In this document: one piece after another, positions 1 through 9,913 of the stretch
Layout of the letters: every line of letters begins with the position of its first letter
Position numbering within the stretch: the first letter of the stretch is position 1
Assembly (NCBI GenBank): GCA_000708835.1
Contig: DF237132.1
Span: 62,001 to 126,000, forward strand
Direction: 5' to 3'
Origin: Klebsormidium nitens
Taxonomy: Eukaryota > Plantae > Klebsormidiophyceae
DNA: 64,000 nucleotides
Notes under the pieces: generated by a model
What the model was told of the DNA's origin: nothing
Seen by the model: only the letters and a program-made list of their open reading frames with translations
Databases searched by the model: none
Made by a program: the position numbers and the translations under genes

Positions 1-852
1 TGCTCCCAATTCTTTGCTAAATTTCCAAAGGCAGTGCAGGATGCTGCTGCAGCGTCTACAAGCTTTCAAGAGCTTGCCCATCTTAACTTGGTTATGAGAA
101 GCTTCTGCTTCTGCTGTGTTTCATGAACCTGCTCGGTCCTGCAAGTTTCAAAGTTGCACCCCGCTGGATGATGCAACACAGCGACGCTTAGAAGCTGGTG
201 CATTCGGAAGATGCTTTTAGAAATAAGCTATCGGTGGGCAAGCAATGCAGGAAGATCGAGTGCAGGGCTGGTTCAAGGACCTGGAAACGACTCAGGCCCT
301 TCTTGGAGCAGCCGTTTGACGTAGGCGATTGTCCTAAGAAGAGCAACGCGAATGTGATCAATCTAGCAAAGTCTTAAGCGGGCAGTCGCTGCGCCTTTCT
401 GAGTAGCTAAGACTTTTGGCGTCAATCTGTGCAGGTGGTGAACCCACATAGGGCGCAAGAACGGGGGATGTAGCAGGAGCTCCCTTTGCCGCCATGGACA
501 TAGACTGTGCAGGTTTGGGGGCCATCCCGACCCAGGTGAGTTGCGAAGCACACTCGCGCATCTCTACTTGAGCCTGAGAATGTTGGTACCGTTTCTGCGG
601 GCTTTGAGGCATAAACTTGAGCCTCAGGACACGGGCTTGACAGCATATAGAGAAAAGCCTCTCCAGAGTGCAGAGGTTCCACACGTGCCTTCTAGGCTCG
701 CACTTTTGCATTGTCGAGTGGCCAAGCGTACTCCTCTCTTTGCTGCTCTATTGTAATTCACACCGGTGTAGAAGCGCATCAGAGACCCACCGGCTGTTCT
801 TCCGCCGTCCTTCAAATAACCTCTAACCACCCCCCCCCGTCCTGGTCTGCAG

Positions 853-1439
853 GTGTTCCACAAGCGCATGCCCCCCGAGGCGGTGGACCTGGTGTCCCGC
901 CTGCTGTAGTACTCCCCCACGCTGCGCTGCACCGCGCTCGAGGCGTGCAGCACCCCTTCTTTGACGAGCTCAGGGACCCAACACGCGCCTGCCCAACGGA
1001 CGGCCGCTGCCGCCGCTCTTCAACTTCAAGCCGCAGGCCCTGCGCTACAGCGTTTGACAGAGTATCAGTGCTTGAGCCGAGAACTCAATGTACACTCGGT
1101 CTGGGTTGGCTTTGCTCGTCAGCTTTAGGGAGTCTTGTTGAGTTGGCTGAGCGCAAAAGTCCTCATAAGCGATCTACTAGATGCTGGTGCCCTTGTCTCG
1201 TTCTACAAAGCGTGAAACCCTTCCTTCTGAGGAGGGAGGTCGGGTCCATGCCTTGTGAGCCATGGGATCCACGTGTCTCGTTCTTCTGGTCATGACTAAT
1301 TGCGTCGAGTTTCACATGGCCCCTGCTCATGATCCCCCCAACATCTGTGCAGGAGCTGAAAGGGCCCACCCCCGACATCCTGCAACGGCTCATCCCCGAG
1401 CACGCGCGCAAGCAAAACATGCACCTCGGGATCCTCTGA
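853..1439 (+). pseudogene. GSK3: Shaggy/GSK3-like kinase 3' fragment (last two exons, 853-1036 and 1353-1439), disabled
   Basis: Reads [60 protein letters not shown], then ELKGPTPDILQRLIPEHARKQNMHLGIL*. This is the GSK3 C-terminus. There is an in-frame TAG at 907-909 (LLQYSP expected) and single-base frameshifts near 949 and 978. The donor after 1036 reads GCCCTG instead of GT. I found no upstream kinase exons in 1-850. Confidence 0.9.
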
Positions 1440-1982
1440 TCGGCTCTCTTTCATCTGAGACAGCATGTATTCCGGGCAGAGTCTCTGATGAACTTCGAAG
1501 TGGTAACGTTGAGGACTAGGGAGTAGTGTTGCCCGACATGTAGGCAGGCAGCACCGACAGGAAAGGCCTCACTCTGCGGGGGTAGGAAGCGCGTGAGTCT
1601 CGCCGTTCGATGTAGCAAAGTGTGTTGCGGGCTTTACGGGCCAGAAGAACAGCACTCAAATAAGGCTCGCTGGCAATCAACCGGCTAAAGCGCTCCTCCA
1701 CATCATCCTCGCTTTTGTGAATGCAACGCGTAATATATGGCCAGGTGCTAGGTGCATAGCTGGTTGCGCTCGATGTGATGTTCTCATCACCTGCCAGATG
1801 ATTTAGTCATATCGAATTTAAGCTATCCCGGAGCCCTGATTGAGTGCCTGCGTATGCACCTTAACTAAACCTCGTATAGGCAGCGATATACCGGTAGCTA
1901 GTGTGACATGACGGTCAACCACCTGTGCACACTCCCGACAGCGGCGAGTGTGCACGCACGTTCACCTTAAAAAATTTGTGTT

Positions 1983-2310
1983 TCATGTAAATTGACTTGG
2001 TCGCGTAAAACAATGTTCTAATCCCACTAAAAAAGCTCCTAGGGCCGCTTACAACTTGGCAAGAAGACTGATGCCGACTTGCTAACGACGTTCACTAAGC
2101 CCTGCAAGACTTCTCCATTGTGTACAAGTTTTCATCAGCTTAAGCAGCTTAAGCCTTGACTCATGTAACTCATGTATATTGACGGGCACGCGTAGAACAT
2201 TGTTCTAGACCCACTAGGCAAAGCTTCTAGGGCCGCTTACAAAATGACTCATGCCGACTTGTTACCAATGTGCCTTGCAAGACCTCTTCATTGTACAAGA
2301 TTTCATCACG
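1983..2310. repeat. Degenerate direct repeat, two copies offset by about 190 bp
   Basis: Shared blocks tcatgtaa..tgttcta..cccacta..aaagct(c/t)ctagggccgcttacaa..gactgatgccgacttg..tgcaagac..tgtacaag..tttcatca at about 1983-2140 and 2161-2310. Confidence 0.7.
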
Positions 2311-2651
2311 TGCCGCACTAACTCCAGACCAGCTTCCTATTATGTACGTAGTCTTGTGTGCGTCCTTCCGCAGTTGCCACTTGGAAGCCTCCCCTGGCAA
2401 CAACAGACTCTTCAATGGTGAGGAGTTGTTGGTCATGTGCATCAATGATATGAAATCAGGTGCTGTGTGAATTGTCGGCATACCTAAGCCTCGCAAGAAA
2501 GCAAGGCTGTTCCTGCAACCTGCTGACAATTGCAAAGTGCACGACACCAAAGAAAGCACTTCATCTGCTTGCACCCTTAACAATAGAGGACGCACATTTC
2601 AAACGCTCTTGTGAGCATCTGGCTGTAAAGAGCACTCTGAATACACCATAT

Positions 2652-2880
2652 CATCAGCGGATGCAACTCTCCATTCTGATGCAACCCTACCAATCCTGAC
2701 ATCTACATGTGATCAGCAGATGCAGCTCTCCATTCTGATGCCACCCTACCAATCCTGAGATCTACATGTGATCAGCAGATGCAGCTCTCCAGTCTGATGC
2801 GACCCTACCAATCCTGAAATCTACATGTGATCAGCAGATGCAGCTTTCCATTCTGATGGAACCCTACCAATCCTGAAATC
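2652..2880. repeat. 59-bp tandem repeat, about 4 copies
   Basis: Unit cagcagatgcagctctccattctgatgcNaccctaccaatcctgaNatctacatgtgat. The ct(c/t)tcca anchors are at 2667, 2726, 2785 and 2844 (period 59). Confidence 0.97.
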
Positions 2881-2997
2881 TCAACAAGTCAGGGAGCTCT
2901 TGTGGCATACAGATTGGAACAAACCGGCCTCCTAACAACAGAACATATGACAATTTGACTCGAATTGCAGGGATCCAAACCCAGAGCCATACTCACC

Positions 2998-3660
2998 TTA
3001 CACTGGTTCCAAGCCGAAACTTGCAGCCAACTCCTCCAGGTTATCGAAGACGAGGAATTCCTGTTTGCATTTGGCTCTCAGGCTGGGGTGGCGGCCCGCC
3101 AGTTGTTTCACACCTTCAATTGCCATCTTGAGAGTAGGGAAGTCCGCAAAGTGGACACTCAAATTTCGTCTGATGATGATTTTGTCAGCCAGCCTCGCGA
3201 ATGACGTCTCTGACAAACCTGCAGACCGCTGGACAAAGTTTTGCAAACGCGCATCGCCCCCGTTCGCCAACCGCAAGAACCCGTTTCCTTCTGCCGCTGC
3301 CTGTGGTTGCCGTCCCAAGGCGAAGAGGAGAATCTGAGCGGCGATGTTCTGAACTAGGGGCAAACCGAACATAAGCGCATCTTCTTCAGCATTCTGCTCC
3401 AGCTTCAGGACACGTTTCTTCAGATCTTCCAACTCCTTGTCCTCAGAGACCGCTACCCAGCCTTTTCCCCCCACACGCAGGTTGTCGGGGATTTCATGGG
3501 GCCGAAGGACTCGCTTGTCATTGAACAGCAGGCGAAGGTCGCCCTGGTACTCGTTGGATGACAGGATGTTATTCAGCACTGCAGCTATTCTATCATCGGC
3601 GCGCACTTCAAAGTCTGTTGCCCTACCCCTGTAAAGCCGCAACGGTCTTGTGGCAGCCAT
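2998..3660 (-). CDS. Intronless hypothetical protein (220 aa): N-terminal ubiquitin-like region, short coiled coil, helical C-terminal domain with RNxxxH (HEPN-like) motif
   Basis: Uninterrupted ORF from MAATRPLRLY (ATG 3660). TDFEVRADDRIAAVLNNI...DLRLLFNDKRVL parallels ubiquitin ITLEVEPSDTIENVKAKI...QQRLIFAGKQL. EDKELEDLKKRVLKLEQNAEE is coiled-coil-like. RRNLSVH is at 3151-3171. Domain calls are by eye. Confidence 0.7.
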   Translation of the reverse strand: MAATRPLRLYRGRATDFEVRADDRIAAVLNNILSSNEYQGDLRLLFNDKRVLRPHEIPDNLRVGGKGWVAVSEDKELEDLKKRVLKLEQNAEEDALMFGLPLVQNIAAQILLFALGRQPQAAAEGNGFLRLANGGDARLQNFVQRSAGLSETSFARLADKIIIRRNLSVHFADFPTLKMAIEGVKQLAGRHPSLRAKCKQEFLVFDNLEELAASFGLEPV

Positions 3661-4101
3661 CCCTTCACTAGTGCCAAAAAGGAAGCCTGCAACAAGAGTT
3701 GAAGAGCGCACCCTAAACCGACTGGCAGCACCTGCCCTAAAAGCTTCCTGGCACCAAGAAGAACGACACCCTACTACCCACTGGCAACAACGTTGGCTGA
3801 GCCAGAGTTGGGTTGTGCTAGGCGTGAAAGCAACTCACGATCGTAGATACTGGGTGTTCTCAGCGTGCGACCTCGCAGCCGTACGATCACAGCGATCGCG
3901 GCGCTTGCAGTTTACCTAGTCGGTAAGTCAAGGATCCCCGCCCTAGTTCGCATATGGTGAAAAAATCCAAAATTCAGCGGTGCCACTGGTGAAGCGCCAT
4001 ATTGAGTGGGAATCGGATACTTGCGAAGTTCCCTTGGCACGAAAGCGCCAGAAGGTAGAAGCTCTCTGCTGATTACCTATCGTCTAACTGCAATCGTAAA
4101 G

Positions 4102-7100
4102 ATGGTCAAAGTGGAAGAGCGCAGGCGCGATCATGATCCTGATGACCGCCGAAAGGATCGGCACAGGGAGAGGGACAGGGATGGGGACCGAGACAGGAGT
4201 GCACGCTCCGGGAAAGAGTACGAGAAGGATGCGTCTCATGACAAGGCGAGGCGGGAAGATGACGGCCGGCGGAGTGATAGCAGGAGGAAAAAAGCGGAAC
4301 GCAATGAGGATGGAGGTGATGCGCCGTCTAGCATGGAGCTTGAGGAGCGGATCAGAAGGTACTTGTTGTAGAAGGCTTGTGGAAAAGCGGGGCTTTTTGC
4401 AATGGGAATATGTGAATGGTGCCTTTTTGTTAGTGAGGCGCTTGCCTTATGGTTGTCTTAATATTCAGGACCACCCTGCTGGAATCCTTCTGTGTTTCGC
4501 TGCTTTTGTAAAACCTTTTTGAAGAGTGCTCCGGTAAATCCAAAACAGTTCCGGAAGTCAAGTTGGAATCCATGTGGACTCCAGCAATTTTTCTAGGCCC
4601 CAATTAATCATGGTTACCTGACATTGACATGGGGTTTCGATGTGGGACTTTCCGTGATCCTCAGCTCCAACGGCTTTCGGGTTGCTGCTGCTCTCGGGTT
4701 TCTGAATCCGTTCTTTGCATATCTTTACATTCAGCTCTTGGCAGTCTGCCGCATATCATGGCAGGTCGAAGGGACAGACCAACATCAGAAACACTGGGAT
4801 GCTGCCAGCTTTGCTTCCGACTTTCTCCGGCACTTTTTCTTCTCATTGTCTTGTTGTTTGTTGAAGGTTTTGTCCACAGAAATCATACCGCACCAGATGA
4901 GTGGCGCATTGCTGACCATTTGTTCGTATCTCCAGGACACGGGAGGAGAGGTTGAAGAAGGACAGAAAGGCCCCAGGTCCGATCAAATCGCTGGCGGAGC
5001 AAGACGAGGGGGACGATCTGCTGGGGTGGGTTCAGAAGTCGAAGCAGCTCGAGGAGAAGAGGAGGCGGGAGGAGGAGAAGGCACGGGCCGCAGCCACCGC
5101 GAGGCGGCTGGCAGAGGCAGAGGTAAAGCGAAACTGCACGCCGGTTTTGAGTCCGCGGGCTTAATGATTCAGGATTCTGAGATTCCGGATGCGAAAGAGG
5201 TCCCACTTTCAGTATGTGCAAATGACAGGAGGCCCAAGTTGCACGGCGCTCCCATTAGTGGATTAGGACATGTTGAGAACCCGTTGCAAGCCACCGCACT
5301 TCAAATGTCGCCCTTTGCAAAAAGTTGTTGCATCCCCTTGTAGCTGAGAGTTTTCAAGAGCAGCAGTCTTACGCTGCTCCAAGCGGACTCTTCAGAGGTT
5401 GCTGGTCTAGCTCAGCAACGGTTTTCGTTCACCCTCTCTATAACGTACTTTTTAGTCTGCCTCGCCTTCAAGCCGATAAACGAACCTCCGTACAGAGAAC
5501 CAGGTCGCCGCTTCTCGGGTGCTGCATGGCCCAATTTTCATAAAACCGTCCTTTGTACAAATCTCCCCTCCCACCGGGTGCTTACCTCTCTTGCTTCTCA
5601 CCTGTGCAGGCGGAAGACGAGGACAGCGACGATGACCAGTACGATGCGCGCCACCTCGCGGGGCTGAAAGTCGCGCACGGGCTCGACAAGGTGATGGAAG
5701 GGGGTGCAATCGTGCTGACGTTGAAGGACACGAGGATCCTCGACGAGAGGGGTGATGACGTGAACGATGCCGGGGACGAGTTGGAAAACGTGGAGATCAT
5801 CGAGCAGAAGCGGAGGGACGACGCGCGCAAGGCGGCGAAGAAGGGCAACAAGTACGACGAGAAGTTCGACGAGGAGTGGGGGGGCGCGAAAGCGCTGCTG
5901 CCGCAGTACGATGAATTGAAGGAGCAGGACGGAGTGGTGTTGGATGCGGAAGGGGGCCTGGATCGGAAACGGATGGAGGAGATTCAGCGCAAGTTGGCGG
6001 GGGCGGCGGCGGCCGAGCAGGGGAAAGAGAGTCTTTTGGGAGGGGGGCAAAGGGTCGCGGCGGAGTATTTCACGCAAGAGGAGATGGATAAGTTTAAGAG
6101 GCCCAAGGAGAAGAAAAAGAAGAAGCTGCGGAAGCGGGAGAAGCTGGACCTGGACGCAATGGAAGAGGAAGCGAAGGCGGCGGGGCTCGGGGCGACGGAC
6201 AAGGGGTCGAGGGCGACCCGAAACGTGGAGGACGTTGAGAAGGTAGGGGTTGGGAGCCTGCCAGTCAAGCACACATTCCCCAGAGTTGTACGAAACGTGT
6301 TGTGCAGTTTGTTGTAGTTTGCCCAAGCTCACGTTCCTGCGGCAGACTTGGAGGGCCGCTTCGTGCTTGCTGTTATATGACAAGAGCGTATGTGGGCTCC
6401 ATAAACGTGATGGGCTGTTGAAACTGGGCAGGGCATACTCACAGCTCGCTTCTGCTTGGATGAATGTAAGGGGAATAGTTATTGCGGACGAACCAACTGG
6501 ACGGTCGATCCATGTCCTTCTCAAGAGCTTGTGTGACCGGTCGCAAGTCTCTTTGCTAATCAACAATCAACTTTAAGAGCAGCAAAGAATTGGGGCCTCC
6601 GAGCAGGTTCCGTTAGACCTCTGTATATATCTTTCGGGACCTGGTCAAGATGGAACTTCACAACGGAAGCGCTCACCTCGTCACAGACTGGCAAACTCAG
6701 CAACCAACCCTCTTCTTCATTTCTGCGTTCAGGAGATCCCGCACTTTTTCACCATTCTTGCTTTCAAGAGACCACCAGCCCTCTCCTTGCATCTTGCTTT
6801 CAATCGACCACTGACCCACTTCTTCATTCTTGCTCTCAATCGACTACTGACCCTGTTCTTCTATTCTGCGTTCAGGAGCGACGAAAGGGCGAAGCTGCGG
6901 AGCGGGAGGCGGCGTACGTGCACGCGTTGGACAAGGCGGAGACGGCGTCGCGGGCGCTCAAGGAGGAAGCGGCCGGAGCGCAACTAGAGGAGGACGACGA
7001 AGAGGACGATGAGCTGGTGCAGTCGTTGGAGCGGGCCCGGCAGGCAGCGCTCAAGGCCGCGCCGAAAGGTACGTCGCTTGTTGATAACGTTGTTAGTCTC

Positions 7101-9061
7101 CTCTTGCGTGAAAAGAAGGATCTGGGTCCCGTCCTGGTTGGAGAGGACCCCGTTTGATGCTTGTACCGGCGTATGACGGACCAACGTGATCCTTTGGCGG
7201 CAACTGGTCGCACGTGAAGATGGTCATTTGAAGCAACGGACGCATGCCGTAGTCCAGTTAGTATGCAGCGTGTTTGTGCAGGGCCCTCTTCGCAGCGCTT
7301 CGAGCAGCGCATAATGATTACCTTTCTAGGCCTTTTTTTCTTTTTGCTTAGTGCCTCTTGTTGCTGGTTACCTCCGTAATACGGCTCCCCTCCTTTTGAA
7401 GGTTTTCGGTTGTGAATGCGAATCCTGCGTGCAGACAACACCCACAATGGAGCAGATTGTCAAGAGAAGTGGGTTTTGCGATCCCGCAACTCGTCCGCCC
7501 CTCTCCGTGTGCAGGAGTCGAGGCCGTGGCATCTCGGGCGATCGAGCTGGCTAAGAAAGAGCCGGTCGTCAAGCCGGAACCGGAAACGGACTCGGGGCTC
7601 GTATTCACATCCACCGGGGAGTTTGTGCGGGGTATTTCGCTCGAGGAGACCGTCAGGAAAGAGAAGAACGAACTTTTCGACGACGAAGACGAAGAGATGA
7701 AGGACGCGGAAGAAGCGGAGGCGAAAGAGGAGGCGGGGGGGTGGATGGAAGTGACGGCGCAGGGGGGGGAAAAGGAGGAAGAGGAGGACGAGAAGCTGGA
7801 GTCGATCAGCGAGGAAGTTGTTGTGGGGACCGGCGTCGCGGGGGCGTTGAAACTGTTGCAGCAGCGGGGGGCGCTGTCGGATTCCGTTGACTGGGGGGGG
7901 CGGAACATGGACAAAAAGAAGGGGCGGCTTCTGGGGGTGGTGGATGAGAGCTTGTTGGGGGTCGAGAAGGACCCCCCCAAAGCGGCGGAGAAGGAGGAGT
8001 GGCCGAAGGACGTGCAGCTCATCCGGCACGACCGCTTCGGGCGCGTGATGACGCCGAAGGAGGCGTGGCGCGAGTTGAACCACCACTTCCACGGTATGTA
8101 CCCGAGCAAGAATAAAAAGGAAAAGGAGTTCAAGCAGTTCATGGAGGAGAAGAAGCTGAAGCAGATGAACCCCGGGGACACTCCCGCGGGGAGCGTGCAG
8201 AAGATGCGGGATGTGCAGGCCAAAACGGCGTCGCCGTATATTGTGCTGAGCGGGAGCGTCAAGCCGGGGCAGACGTCCGACTTCCGGTCCGGGTTCGCGG
8301 TCGCGGAGAAGGAGACGTTCAAGCCGGGGGAGCTGACGCCCATGCTGGGGGACCAGAAGGTGGGGGCGCTTTCTTTTCAAGTTTGCGGTTTCATTTTAAC
8401 TTCAAAAAAATACGTGAATTGAGCTTCGACAGAAGGGGAGATGACGTTGGACTTGCTTTTCGGAAGCCTCTTGGTGAAAAACTCCGTTTGCCCCTTTGAT
8501 ATAAATTTTAGAGGAGCGGCGACTTTGCATTCCTGTCAAGGTGCGAAAGTGTCTGCAGCAGCAATGAATCTCTCGACGTCGATCGTCGACGGTTCTGAAT
8601 CAGGTGCTGATTTTCCGTTGGCTTGTTCGTGTCGATCTGCTGGTAAATATAGCAGCCTAAGGAGAAGGAGCTGCAAAGCTTTCAGTTGAGCTTTCAATGG
8701 TAGCCGTTGCTGTGATGCTCCGTGATCTTGTAAAGACAGCTTTCCGAATCTCGTTTCGATGGTTCCTCCAACATCGAGACTGTAGTTTGGAGGGATATGG
8801 CCCTGTCAATCAGCGGAAAATCCTTTCTCTGGTTGGGTCTGAGCAGTGAAGAGCACCTAACCATCGAGCTGTTGGCATCTTTCGAGATCTACTCATCGGG
8901 ATGTAACAGGTCCTTCGATTTCAATTACCGTCCAAGCTGCCTTTGTATCTTCCTCACGCCATGCCATGTCTGTCATGCAGGTTCAGAAGTTCTTGGGAAC
9001 AAAGCGAAAAGAAGGTGCGGGTGACATGGGTCCACCTCCACCAAAGAAACCCAAGATGTGA
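4102..9061 (+). CDS. SART1: U4/U6.U5 tri-snRNP-associated protein 1 (SART-1/Snu66 family)
   Basis: Phase-consistent exons 4102-4358, 4936-5122, 5610-6242, 6876-7068, 7515-8359, 8981-9061. Motifs: DDLLGWVQKSK, LAGLKVAHG..VLTLKD..IL, ALLPQYD, HDRFGRVMTPKEAWRELNHHFHG..PSKNKKEK, and C-terminal VQKFLGTKRK..PPKKPK. Confidence 0.95.
6700..6880 (+). repeat. About 36-bp degenerate tandem repeat (about 5 units) at the 3' end of SART1 intron 3, including a copy of the acceptor
   Basis: tctgcgttcaggag occurs at the true acceptor (AG 6874-6875) and again at AG 6731-6732. The intervening units resemble actgaccc..ttcttcattcttgctNtcaatcgac. Confidence 0.8.
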
Positions 9062-9913
9062 CAGTCCTTGTAGGGGCTTTGGACTGGCACTAAAGGATCT
9101 GGTATTTTATAGTGGAGAAAAGCATCAGGACAGGCAGGCCGAACCGTCTACTGCAGGCCGGAAGTGCCTCGTCAGTCAAGCATGATTCAGGTTTCAGTTG
9201 AGCAGGCGAAGAATTTGATAGAATGGTGCGTCGATCTACGTCCATTGTTTGGCCCTCGCCATAGCGTCATTGATGGAGCAGGCTGCCAAGCGATGGTTGC
9301 AAGGTGTACGCACAAATTGCTCATTAGCCTCTATTGCGGCGGCACATGCATGTCAATCATTCTTTTCACAGATGCGGATTGTATGCGCAGCTCTTGGGCG
9401 TCATGACACGTGCAAGCGTAGTGCAGCACATGCGCCCTTCCCGCCACTACGCTACAATTCACTTGACCATACATATCACATTAGGATTGCATATTCATCG
9501 AACTGCAGTGTCCTGATCCGGATAAATCGCGATCCATCTTTGCAAGTTGGATCTCATCCATATAACCATATCCCGGCAGTGGGAAGTGCAGCAATGTATT
9601 TAATACATACAAAGTTATACTTGAATCTTCTTATATAGTGACTCTGCCAAGACGAGATTCTACATTTTCCTGCCAATTAAGACAACAAACTTCGTAGGTT
9701 ACTAAATTCGGGTCTACAAGCGTGGTAAATTGTGGTAGACTCTCCAGGTACATTCGCGACACTTGCCGCCGCGACTTCAATAACGAAAATATAACTTTCA
9801 GTAGACATGTCAGCGCAACTGAGCAACTGTTGTGCATGGGAACCTTAATGGCGCCTTTTAGGCGTCAATCTACCAGGGGGGAAGCTTTGTGATCAGACGT
9901 CGCCTCCACGACT

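Noticed and set aside
430-540. Apparent exon (cag|GTGGTG...CCAG|gtgagt) upstream of the GSK3 fragment
   Set aside because: No frame matches GSK3 or anything I recognise, and the surrounding frames contain stops.
1516-1701. Short ORF with ARNTLC resembling a decayed HEPN-like paralog
   Set aside because: It lacks the His and is too short to align credibly with the 2998-3660 protein.
2652-2880. 59-bp array as a CRISPR array
   Set aside because: The units are contiguous near-identical copies with no unique spacers, there are no cas genes, and the context is eukaryotic.
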